From: Chiloscyllium plagiosum
Taxonomy: Eukaryota
DNA: 34,032 nt
Direction of reading: 5' to 3'
Assembly (NCBI RefSeq): GCF_004010195.1
Contig: NC_057750.1
Span: forward strand, 13,270,817 to 13,304,848
Shown: positions 23,075 through 33,368 of the stretch, piece by piece
Position numbering within the stretch: the first letter of the stretch is position 1
How the letters are laid out: each line of letters opens with the position of its first letter
Program-made: the position numbers and the translations under genes
The notes under the pieces: generated by a model
The model's input: the letters and a program-made list of their open reading frames with translations, nothing else
Told to the model about the DNA's origin: nothing
Database searches by the model: none

Positions 23075-23878
23075 TACTGGTTGGGCCCAATGCTATTCGT
23101 CATTTACATAAATGATTCGGATGCGAGCATGAGAGGTACAGTTAGTAAGTTTGCAGATGACACCAAAATTGGAGGTGTAGTGGACAGCAAAGAGGGTTAC
23201 CTCAGATTACAGCAGGATCTGGACCAGATGAGCCAATGGGCTGAGCAGTGGCAGATGGAGTTTAATTCAGATAAATGCGAGGTGCTGCATTTTGGGAAAG
23301 CAAATCTTAGCAGGACTTATACACTTAATGGTAAGGTCCTAGGGAGTGTTGCTGAACAAAGAGACCTTGGAGTGCAGGTTCATAATTCCTTGAAAGTGGA
23401 GTCGNNNNNNNNNNNNNNNNNNNNNNNNNNNNNNNNNNNNNNNNNNNNNNNNNNNNNNNNNNNNNNNNNNNNNNNNNNNNNNNNNNNNNNNNNNNNNNNN
23501 NNNNNNNNNNNNNNNNNNNNNNNNNNNNNNNNNNNNNNNNNNNNNNNNNNNNNNNNNNNNNNNNNNNNNNNNNNNNNNNNNNNNNNNNNNNNNNNNNNNN
23601 NNNNNNNNNNNNNNNNNNNNNNNNNNNNNNNNNNNNNNNNNNNNNNNNNNNNNNNNNNNNNNNNNNNNNNNNNNNNNNNNNNNNNNNNNNNNNNNNNNNN
23701 NNNNNNNNNNNNNNNNNNCATTTAAGAGGCATTTGGATGGGTATATGAATAGGAAGGGTTTGGAGGGATAAGGGCCGGGTGTTGGCAGGTGGGACTAGAT
23801 TGGGTTGGGATATCTGGTCGGCATGGACGGGTTGGACCGAAGGGTCTGTTTCCGAGCTGTACATCTCTATGACTCTAT
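23075..23878 (+). mobile_element. 5'-truncated CR1 LINE containing N gap 23405-23718
   Basis: LGPMLFVIYIND...SKFADDTKIGGVVDS...WQMEFNSDKCEVLHFG; 3' UTR and ctctatga tail after the gap. Confidence 0.95.
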
Positions 23879-23964
23879 AAAGTGGCATGGTGACTGGAAG
23901 GATCTGCGTTCAAATCCCAGCGTGGTCAGCTTGGTGGTATTTAAACACAATGAGAAAGAAAATT

Positions 23965-24280
23965 ACTTAGATTAGATTACTTACAGTGTGGAAACAGGCC
24001 CTTCGGCCCAACAAGTCCACACCGACCCGCCGAAGCGCAACCCACCCGTACCCCTACATTTACCCCTTTAACCTAACACTACGGGCAATTTAGCATGGCC
24101 AATTCACCTGACCTGCACATCTTTGGACTGTGGGAGGAAACCGGAGCACCCGGAGGAAACCCACGCAGACACGGGGAGAATGTGCAAACTCCACACAGTC
24201 AGTCGCCTGAGTTGGGAATTGAACCCGGGTCTCTGGCGCTGTGAGGCAGCAGTGCTAATCACTGTGCCACCGTGCCACCC
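23965..24280 (-). mobile_element. Full-length HE1-like SINE inserted in a family B SINE (about 23882-24500)
   Basis: Complete head to tail; aaaatt at 23959-23964 and 24281-24286; host B-box-like gttcaaatccc upstream and host core downstream. Confidence 0.92.
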
Positions 24281-24524
24281 AAAATTCTAACTAGAATCAG
24301 TGATGATGTCTATGGATTGTTGTTAAAAACCCATTGGGTCCCTCAAGGGAGGGAAATCTGCCGTCCTTACTCAGTCTGGCCTACATGTGACTCCGGACCC
24401 ACAGTGATGTGGCTGACTCTGAACTGCTCTCTAAAATGCCACTCAGCTTGAGGGCATTCCAGGATGGGCAACAAATGCCATCTTTGCCATTAAAGCCCAC
24501 TTCCAATTTCTAAGTTTATTTTCA

Positions 24525-24805
24525 AATCGTTCATGGGAGTTGGGCATCACTGGGTTTAGTCACTGACCATCCCCAGTCGTCCCTTGAGAAGCTGCCTTCC
24601 TGAACCGCTCCTGTTCATATGCTGTCCGGGTTGACCCACAATGCCCTGAGGGAGGGAATTCCAGGAATTTGACCCAGCGACAATGACGGAATGGTGATAT
24701 GTTTCCAAATCGGGACGGTGAGTGGAGGGGAACTTGCAAGTGGGTGGTGTTCCCATGGATCTGAAGCCCCTCGTCGTTCCTAGTGCAAGTAGTTGTGGGA
24801 TTGGA
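24525..24805 (-). mobile_element. Family B LINE-tail fragment
   Basis: cccttgagaag...cacaatgccctgagggagggaattccaggaatttgacccagcgac is the reverse complement of the 330-380 type sequence. Confidence 0.75.
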
Positions 24806-25123
24806 AGGTGAGAAAGACAGACTCATGGGTCATGGGAAGATGGCTGTTTGAAGACCACTGTTGATTGCAGGAATTACCTCTGAGGTGAAGGATGTGATCC
24901 GTCACAGGACAAGATGGTTGTGTGCAGCTGGACTTTACCATTAGGATTGTCACAGAAATAAGGGCTTTACAAAGTAGGGGAAAGGAACTTGAGGCAACTC
25001 GAGAATTGGGACTGCTGTGTTGAGCTCCAAAGTGGTGTTGATGTTGCTCTTTGCAATTCGTCCTGAAGAAAGTTTGTTTGCAAAGAAATCTCCTCATCGC
25101 CTAATTAAAGTGCGTAAAGAAGA

Positions 25124-27965
25124 TTGAATTATTATTGTCACATGCACCGAGATACAGTGAAAAGTGTTGTATTGTGTGCTACGCAGCCAAATCCTACCTT
25201 ATGTGAGTACATCAGGGTACTAGAATGGAATGCAGAATGTAGTGTTACAGAAGGTGCAGAGCAAGATCGACTCTGTTATATGAGAGGTCCATTCATAAGT
25301 CTGATAACAGTGGGGAAGAAGCTGTTCTTGAATCTGATAGCACATGTATCCAAATATTTATATCTTCTGCCTGATGGAAGAGGTTGGAAGAGATTCTAAC
25401 CGGGGTGGGAGGGGGCTTTGATGATGTTGGCTGCCTTCCCGAGACAGTGGGAAGTGTAGATGGAGTCAGTGGGTGGGAGGCTGGTTGGTGTGATGGACTG
25501 GGCTGGGTTCACAGCTCTCTGTAGTCTCTTACGGTCCTGGGCAGAGCAGTTGCCGCACCAAGCCGTGGTGCAACTGGAGAGGATGCTTTCTGTGGTGCAT
25601 CTATAAAAATTGGTAAAGTTAAAGAACAAAGAACAAAGAAAATTTACAGCCCAGGAACAGGCCCTTCAGCCCTCCAAGCCTGAGCCGATCCAAATCCACT
25701 GTCTAAACATGTCACCCAATTCCTCAGCATCTGTATCCCTCTGCTCCCCACCTACTCATGCATCTGTCCAGATGCACCTCAAATGAATCTCCCGTACCTG
25801 CCTCTACCACCTCTGCTGGTAACGTGTTCCAGGCACCTACCACCCTCTGTGTGAAGTACTTGCCGCGTATATCCCCCTTAAATTTTTCACCTCTCACCTT
25901 GAATGCATGACCTCTCATTATTGAATCTCTCACCCTGGGAGGAAAGCTTATCTCTATCCACCCTGTCTATACCCTTCATGATTTTGTAGACCTCAATCAG
26001 GTCCCCCCCCCCAGTCTCCTTTTTTCTAATGAAAATAAACCTAACCTACTCAACCTCCCTTCATATCTAGCACCTTCTATACCAGGCAACATCCTCGTAA
26101 ACCTTCTCTGCACCATCTCCAAAGCGTCCACATCCTTTTGGTAATGTGGCGACCAGAACTGTACACAGTATTCTAAATGCGACCAAACTAATGTCTTGTA
26201 CAATTTTAAGATGACCTGCCAGCTCTTATACTCAATACCCTGTCCATTGAAGGCAAGCATATCATATTCCTTCTTGACCACTCTATCCACCTGTGCAGCC
26301 ACCTTCAGGGTACAATGGACCTGCACTCCCAGATCCCTCTGCTCATTAACCTTTTCAAAGGCTGTTCTGTTTACAGTATAGTTCGCTCTAGAATTAGACT
26401 TCCCAAAATGCATCACCTCACATTTGCCCGGATTGTACTCCATCTGTCACTTCTCTGCCTAACTCTGCAGTCTATCTATATTCTCCTGTATTCCTTGACA
26501 GTCCCCTATGCTTTCTGCTACTCCACCAATCTTCGTGTCATCTGCAAACTTACTGACCAGACCACCAATTTCCTCTTCCAGATTATTTATGTATAATACA
26601 AACAACAGTGGTCCCAACACTGACCCCTGTGGAACACACTGGTCACCTTTCTCCATTTCGAGAAACTCCCTTCAACTACTACTCTCTATCTCCTGTTGCT
26701 CAACCAGTTCTTTATCCTCCGAGCTAGAACACCCTGCACACCATGTGACTTCACTTTCTCTATTAGTTTACCATGGGGAACTTTCTCAAACGCCTTACTA
26801 AAATCCATGTATATGACATCAACAGCCCTTCCTTCATCTACCAACTTGGTCACTTCCTCAAAGAACTCTATTAAGTTGGTGAGGCATGATCTCCCCCGCA
26901 CAAAACCATGTTGCCTATCACTGATAAGCCCATTCTTTTCCGAATATAAATAGATTTTATCCCTCAGTACCTTCTCCAGCAACTTTCCCACTACTGATGT
27001 CAGGCTCACTGGTCTGTAGTTACCTGCAATGTCCTACTACCCTCTTGTACAGGAGGACAACATGAGCAACCCTCCAGTCCTCCGGCATCTCACCTGTGTT
27101 TAAGGATGCTACAACGATATCTGTCAGGGCCCCAGCTATTTCCTCTCTCGCCTCCCTCAGCAACATGGGATAGATCCCATCCGGTCCTGGGGATTTGTCC
27201 ACCTTAATATCCTTGAGCCTACCCATCACATCCTCCCTCCTTATGTCAACATGATCCAGAGTAAACAAACTTCTATCTCTAATCTCAACCTTCATTATGT
27301 CCCTCTCCTCAGTGAACACTGATGCAAAGTAATCATTGAGAATCTCACCCATTTTCTCAGGTTCGATACACAACCTTCCTTCCTTCTCCCTTAGTGGACC
27401 AAGCCTTTCTCTCGTTACCCTCTTGCCTCGTATAGATGAATAAAAGACCTTGGGATTCTCCCTAATTCTGCTCGCTATAGTTATTTTATGACCCATTTTA
27501 GCCCACTTGATTCCTCGTTTAAGATTGGTCCTATTCTCCTGACATACCTCCAGGGCCCGTTCAGTTCTTAGCTGCCTGGACCTTATGCACGCTTCCCTTT
27601 TCCTCTTGGCTAGTCGCATGATTTCTGATCCACGGTTATCGAATCTTGCCTTTCCTAGCCCTTGTTTTCAAAGGGACATGACTATCCTGCGCTATCTTTG
27701 AAAGCTTCCCACTTAGCAAATGTGTCCGTGTGGACACGTTGAATTTCCTTAGCCTCCTGAGGAAGTAGGTGCGTTGGTGTGGTTTATTGACCGTCGCATT
27801 TATGTGGGTGGACCCAGGACAGACCGTTGGCTGTATTTACTCATGGGAACTTGATGCTCTCGACCAGCTCCCCCTCAGCACCATTGGTGCAGACAGAGGG
27901 CGTGCCCTCAACTCCTCTTGCTGAAGCCAATGGCCAGCTCCTTCAGTTTGCTGACATTGAGGGAG
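25124..27965 (-). mobile_element. Rex1/Babar LINE fragment (25124-25620 and about 27720-27965) split by a CR1 insertion
   Basis: Minus strand NKPHQRTYFLRRLRKFNVS (27730-27790) continues as TNFYRCTTESILSSCTTAWCGNCSAQDRKRLQRAV (25396-25615), typical Rex1 post-RT motifs. Confidence 0.85.
25621..27720 (-). mobile_element. CR1 LINE ORF2 pseudogene, about 2.1 kb, frameshifted
   Basis: Successive minus ORFs with KSPGPDGIYP, SLTSVVGKLLE, QHGFVRGRSCLTNL, DFSKAF, VPQGSVLGPLLF, FADDTKIG, LEYCVQFWSP; (ttctttg)n tail. Confidence 0.96.
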
Positions 27966-28314
27966 AAATTGTGGTCTTTATAACATGCTGCTTAACACTA
28001 TATTTTTCCTGTGCTCTGCCTTGTCATCGATTGACATAGTGATTGAACCATTGGAGCATGATGGGAATTAAGGCCTGAAGTGGTGAGGGTATAAAATCTA
28101 ATGGACGATAATAAACTCTTCGGCTGGGTGGAGGAGGTTATGATATGAAGAACTGTCCCAGGGAGGTCGAGGATGTGTACCCACAAAAATTGCTGAGATT
28201 TCTTACGCGTCATGGAATAGAATCTTGGAATCCCTACAGTGGAATTCTCTGTCACAGAAAGCAGTGGAGGCCAAAACATTGAAAGTTTTCAAGAAAGGAG
28301 TTAGATACAGTTCT

Positions 28315-29727
28315 GGAAATGTGTTGCTGGAAAAGCGCAGCAGGTCAGGCAGCATCTAGGGAACAGGAGAATCGACGTTTCGGGCATTAGCCCTCCTTCA
28401 GGAATGAGGAAAGTTGGTCCAGCAGACTAAGATATTCCATATTCCCTATCTTTTATCTTAGCCTGCTGGACCAACTTTCCTCATTCCTGAAGAAGGGCTA
28501 ATGCCAGAGACGTCGATTCTCCTGTTCCCTAGATGCTGCCTGACCTCCTGCGCTTTTCCAGCAACNNNNNNNNNNNNNNNNNNNNNNNNNNNNNNNNNNN
28601 NNNNNNNNNNNNNNNNNNNNNNNNNNNNNNNNNNNNNNNNNNNNNNNNNNNNNNNNNNNNNNNNNNNNNNNNNNNNNNNNNNNNNNNNNNNNNNNNNNNN
28701 NNNNNNNNNNNNNNNNNNNNNNNNNNNNNNNNNNNNNNNNNNNNNNNNNNNNNNNNNNNNNNNNNNNNNNNNNNNNNNNNNNNNNNNNNNNNNNNNNNNN
28801 NNNNNNNNNNNNNNNNNNNNNNNNNNNNNNNNNNNNNNNNNNNNNNNNNNNNNNNNNNNNNNNNNNNNNNNNNNNNNNNNNNNNNNNNNNNNNNNNNNNN
28901 NNNNNNNNNNNNNNNNNNNNNNNNNNNNNNNNNNNNNNNNNNNNNNNNNNNNNNNNNNNNNNNNNNNNNNNNNNNNNNNNNNNNNNNNNNNNNNNNNNNN
29001 NNNNNNNNNNNNNNNNNNNNNNNNNNNNNNNNNNNNNNNNNNNNNNNNNNNNNNNNNNNNNNNNNNNNNNNNNNNNNNNNNNNNNNNNNNNNNNNNNNNN
29101 NNNNNNNNNNNNNNNNNNNNNNNNNNNNNNNNNNNNNNNNNNNNNNNNNNNNNNNNNNNNNNNNNNNNNNNNNNNNNNNNNNNNNNNNNNNNNNNNNNNN
29201 NNNNNNNNNNNNNNNNNNNNNNNNNNNNNNNNNNNNNNNNNNNNNNNNNNNNNNNNNNNNNNNNNNNNNNNNNNNNNNNNNNNNNNNNNNNNNNNNNNNN
29301 NNNNNNNNNNNNNNNNNNNNNNNNNNNNNNNNNNNNNNNNNNNNNNNNNNNNNNNNNNNNNNNNNNNNNNNNNNNNNNNNNNNNNNNNNNNNNNNNNNNN
29401 NNNNNNNNNNNNNNNNNNNNNNNNNNNNNNNNNNNNNNNAAGGTGGGGGTTGGGGCCAGTGTAGTTGCGGAAGATGGATTGTTCCACATATCCTACGAAG
29501 GGGCAGGCATAGCTGGGGCCCATGCGGGTGCCCATGGCTACTCCTTTCGTTTGGAGGAAGTGGGAGGATTGGAAAGAGAAGTTGTTCAGGGTGAGGACCA
29601 GTTCAGTCTTCAGGGTGAGGACCAGTTCAGTCTTCAGGGTGAGGACCAGTTCAGTTTTCAGGGTGAGGACCAGTTCAGTCTTCAGGGTGAGGACCAGTTC
29701 AGTTTTCAGAGTGAGGACCAGTTCAGT
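28315..29727 (-). mobile_element. 5'-truncated Penelope-like element with inverted terminal repeat and 14-bp TSD
   Basis: Minus strand ELVLTLNNFSFQSSHFLQTKGVAMGTRMGPSYACPFVGYVEQSIF (Penelope RT motif); palindrome 28323-28565; ttagatacagttct at 28301-28314 and 29728-29741. Confidence 0.9.
29584..29727. repeat. Six tandem copies of a 24-bp unit (ttcagggtgaggaccagttcagtY)
   Basis: Direct reading; 8-residue periodicity in the ORF track (QGEDQFSL, FRVRTSSV). Confidence 0.95.
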
Positions 29728-29964
29728 TTAGATACAGTTCTTACAGGTAAAGGATTCAAAGGGAGGAAGAGGGAACGGGGGACTGAGTTGGACGATCAGT
29801 TCATGATTACTGGATGGTGGAACAGGCCTGGAGGGCCGAATGGCCTCCTCCTGATCCAATTTTTGATATTTCCAAGTTTCCATTCCCTATTTAAAATTGT
29901 GAGTTAAGGCATCCCTCCCCGCCCCACCCCCCCCCCCCCCCCCGGCTTGCTGAAGAAAGGGCAG

Positions 29965-30098
29965 AGAGATTTCACTTGGATCCTGGCCAGTGTTAATCCC
30001 TCCATCGACCTGGCTTAAAACACTCGACCTGACGCTGAGCACGTTGCTGTTAGTGGGATCTTCCTGTGTGCAAATTTGCCTTGCTTCATGCATTACCT
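29965..30098 (+). mobile_element. Degenerate Deu-domain-like SINE remnant (a second one at about 32410-32600)
   Basis: tcctggccagtgttaatccctc...gttgctgttagtgggatcttcctgtgtgcaaatt resembles the Deu-SINE 3' region as recalled; not search-verified. Confidence 0.45.
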
Positions 30099-30101
30099 GC
30101 A

Positions 30102-30442
30102 GGGGAAGCGATGGCCCTGTGGTATTAGCAGTGTACTGGTCATCTAGAGACCCAGGTTATGTTCTGGGACATGTGGGTTCAAATCCTGCTGTGTCTGATG
30201 GTGGAGCATGAATTAAGAGTCTCATGATGACCATGAACCCATTGTCAATTATTGGGGAAGAAACCCCAGCTAATTCACTAATATCCTTTAGGGAAGGAAA
30301 CTGGTCTTTACCTGGTCTGGCCTACACGTGCCTCCAGACCCACAGCAAAGTGGTTAATGTTTAACTGCCTTCAGGGTAATTAGGGATGGGCACTAAATGC
30401 TGGACCCAGCCAGCGACGCCCTCATCTTGTGAACAAATTAAA
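30102..30442 (+). mobile_element. Full-length family B tRNA-headed SINE
   Basis: A-box-like tggccctgtgg, B box gggttcaaatcc, core cttacctggtctggcctacacgtg, tail taattagggatgggc...aaattaaa. Confidence 0.85.
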
Positions 30443-30479
30443 GGGAAATGTACTGTGGGAGGCCCAGGATTAGCCATGG

Positions 30480-30600
30480 AGAAAGTGAGTACTGCAGATG
30501 CTGCAGATTAGATTAGAGCACAGCTTTTGCCCGAAACGTCGATTCTCCTGCTCCTCGGATGCTGCCTGACCTGCTGTGCTTTTCCAGCACCACTCTAATC
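30480..30600. mobile_element. Penelope terminal-repeat remnant
   Basis: gcttttgcccgaaacgtcgattctcctgctcctcggatgctgcctgacctgctgtgcttttccagcaccac, same family as 15596; ccaggattagccatg occurs on both sides (30464-30478, 30606-30620). Confidence 0.75.
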
Positions 30601-31369
30601 TTGACCCAGGATTAGCCATGCCGTACTTCGGGGTGTGTGCCCAGTAGGAGGCAGTGTTGGGGTGAGGGTGTACCTGGGGCATGGTTGAGAAGGAGACAAA
30701 TCTTTGACCCAAGTGACAGAACCTGTAAAACTTCCACCGTGCACTACCTTGGCACATCCTGTGGCACACCGCGGCCAAAGAGGTGCTGTGCTGAGGCACG
30801 GCCAGTGCCCGAGAAGCACAGGAAGATCCCATGGACAACAAAGAGGGTACCCTGCTCTCTTTAATCTTTTCTCGGGTATGAGGTGGGAAACTGAGGGGAG
30901 ATCCCCAGCTCGTGAAATAGCGCCGCGGGGTAAGGGGCGGGCAAAACGTGCCCTCGGTTTGGTCTGCCCCACGAGAGCTGGCACCTCTGACTGTGCTGCA
31001 TTCCTTCAGCATGCAACTGCACACAGTGGAGCCAGAACCCTGCCCCCCCCCCCCCCCCCGCCCCCCCAGCCTTCTGGCTTTGAGGTGACAGCGTGTCAAG
31101 TTGAGGTGGTCCGGGGGGCAAAAAGAAATGCCCTAATTGTGTTGCTCAGGTGTGGCAGCGGGGAGGGTGGGTGATCTCTGTGTGAAGCACAAACAGGAAC
31201 GGCTCTCTCTCAGTTTCCATGCCGTGGCTTAAAGCGTGTGAGGCCGGCCTAGAAAATATACCTCCTAAATTACTGCCAAATGTCCTCCACGGGCAGTCTG
31301 TCAAAGTCAAATCCAGCAACACTTATTTTATCTTCAAAAGGCGTCTATTCCCAGCTCTCTGCTTGGCTG

Positions 31370-31885
31370 TGGTGTGTGTGTTGTGTGTGTGTGTGTGTGT
31401 CTGTGTGTGTGTGTGTGTGGTGCCACCTCAGCTCAGATAATGCAATAAAGGTGTGAGGTTAAAATCTGTCTGCATCCCAATGTTGAGTCAGACTGGTTCT
31501 ATTTCTGAAGTGGCACTTACAGAATCTTACATAGACTTATGCAGTTTTTGAGCAAGATAAAATATAATTCTGCATTACAAATTCACCCCTTAAACTTGCA
31601 TGTGTGCGGGTGCAGGAGAGACAGAGTGGGTGTGTGAATGTGTGTGCGTGTGTGTGTCTGTGTGTGTGTGCGCGTGTGTATGCGTGTGTGTGTGAGTGTC
31701 TGTGTGTGTGTGCGCGGGTGTGTGTGTGTGTCAGTGTGTGTGTGTGAGTGTGAGTGTCTGTGTGCGCGCGGGTGTGTGTGTGTGCGCGCATGCGCGCGGG
31801 GTGTGTATATGTGTGTGTGTGTCTGTGTGCGTGTGTGTGAGTGTCAGTGTGTGCCTGTGTGTGTGGGTGTATGTGTGTATGTGTT
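31370..31885. repeat. (GT)n-rich tracts (31370-31420, 31628-31885) with interspersed CG steps
   Basis: Direct reading. Confidence 0.9.
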
Positions 31886-31909
31886 AACAGGGCGAAGGGT
31901 ATAAATTTT

Positions 31910-32409
31910 NNNNNNNNNNNNNNNNNNNNNNNNNNNNNNNNNNNNNNNNNNNNNNNNNNNNNNNNNNNNNNNNNNNNNNNNNNNNNNNNNNNNNNNNNNN
32001 NNNNNNNNNNNNNNNNNNNNNNNNNNNNNNNNNNNNNNNNNNNNNNNNNNNNNNNNNNNNNNNNNNNNNNNNNNNNNNNNNNNNNNNNNNNNNNNNNNNN
32101 NNNNNNNNNNNNNNNNNNNNNNNNNNNNNNNNNNNNNNNNNNNNNNNNNNNNNNNNNNNNNNNNNNNNNNNNNNNNNNNNNNNNNNNNNNNNNNNNNNNN
32201 NNNNNNNNNNNNNNNNNNNNNNNNNNNNNNNNNNNNNNNNNNNNNNNNNNNNNNNNNNNNNNNNNNNNNNNNNNNNNNNNNNNNNNNNNNNNNNNNNNNN
32301 NNNNNNNNNNNNNNNNNNNNNNNNNNNNNNNNNNNNNNNNNNNNNNNNNNNNNNNNNNNNNNNNNNNNNNNNNNNNNNNNNNNNNNNNNNNNNNNNNNNN
32401 NNNNNNNNN
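31910..32409. other. Assembly gap of exactly 500 N, probably a placeholder of unknown size
   Basis: Round length and unrelated flanks. The other five gaps (5679-6503, 11584-12498, 19910-20275, 23405-23718, 28566-29439) have irregular lengths. Confidence 0.85.
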
Positions 32410-32644
32410 CCCATGGCACTTTCTCACCAAAGTGCAGCTGGGACCGTGCCCCTGCGCTGGTAGCCAGCATTCCCCATTCGACCAATGCCGTCTCACCTCA
32501 TGAGGAGCTGCTAGTGGGATCTTGCTGTGCGCAAGAGGGAGCCCACCCAACAGCGGTGCCCCGACTTGGATTGCCATCCACGAGTTGGGGGCCGGGTCAG
32601 CGTCGCTTTGTACTTGTGTCACTGTCAGGGGGGGGTGGGGGAGG

Positions 32645-32830
32645 GGGAGTAGCCGCCATTTTGGATTGTCACTGACAGCGGCCTTCCCTCAGCCAGCATG
32701 GCTCAATTTGATTGGCCGGGAAGCCAGCAGAGTCAGCTGACAGCCCAGTAGGATTATTTGGCGTCTTCCTCTTGGTGATTGGCTGGCTCAGTTCGCCAAT
32801 CCTACGCCTTCGTTTCTATAACAAAAAGAG
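32645..32830. promoter_or_regulatory. Candidate cis-regulatory motif cluster (YY1, CCAAT x3, TGACAG x2)
   Basis: gccgccattttg 32652-32663; tgacag 32673 and 32738; tgattggc 32709 and 32776; gccaat 32795. Motif reading only. Confidence 0.4.
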
Positions 32831-33006
32831 GGAACATATGGAGGTATGGTACGCCATTCCATTCTGATGGTCGCGTCACCAACGAATCTCCTGCATTCTT
32901 ACCTCTGGCTCTTCCCCCTGCCACCCGCCCTCGTTTCAAATCCTTTCCCTGGTCTTGACAATTCATGTTGGCGTCCGTTAGTCCGCACCGAGACCCGCGT
33001 CCCAGT

Positions 33007-33341
33007 GAATAGACAAAGTCTTTTCCCTGGGGTCGGGGAGTCCAGAACTAGAGGGCATAGGTTTAGGGTGAGAGGGGAAAGATATAAAGGAGACCAAAGG
33101 GGCAACTTGTTCACACAGAGGGTGGTACGTGTCTGGAATGAGCTGCCAGAGGAAGTGATGGAGGCTGGTACAATTACAACATTTGAGAGGCATTTGGATG
33201 GGTATATGAATAGGACGGGTTTGGAGGGATATGGGCCGGGTGCTGGCAGGTGGGACTAGATTGGGTTGGGATATCTGGGCGGCATGGACGGCTTGGACCG
33301 AAGGGTCTGTTTCCGTGCTGTACGTTTGTATGACTCTATGA
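33007..33341 (+). mobile_element. CR1 3' end abutting the MEIS exon acceptor
   Basis: NRQSLFPGVGESRTRGHRFRVRGERYK...FTQRVVRVWNELP...HLDGYM, 3' UTR and tatgactctatga tail. Confidence 0.93.
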
Positions 33342-33368
33342 ATCTCACCTTACTTTCCTTTCACCCAG

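Larger units (their letters stand above)
28235..29875 (+). mobile_element. CR1 3' end (28235-28314 and 29728-29875) split by a Penelope insertion
   Basis: gtggaattctctgtcacagaaagcagtggagg...ttagatacagttct resumes as ttagatacagttcttacaggtaaagg...gggccgaatggcctcctcc. Confidence 0.8.

Noticed and set aside
29584..29727. 24-bp repeat array as a CRISPR array or repeat-protein gene
   Set aside because: The units are contiguous with no spacers, derive from Penelope RT sequence, and lie in a vertebrate intron.
30470..31174. Overlapping 130-209 aa ORFs in GC-rich sequence
   Set aside because: No recognisable domain, open on both strands as expected for GC-rich DNA, and partly within a Penelope remnant.
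33340..33368. MEIS2-type alternative acceptor 21 nt upstream of the post-homeodomain exon
   Set aside because: There is no AG at that position.
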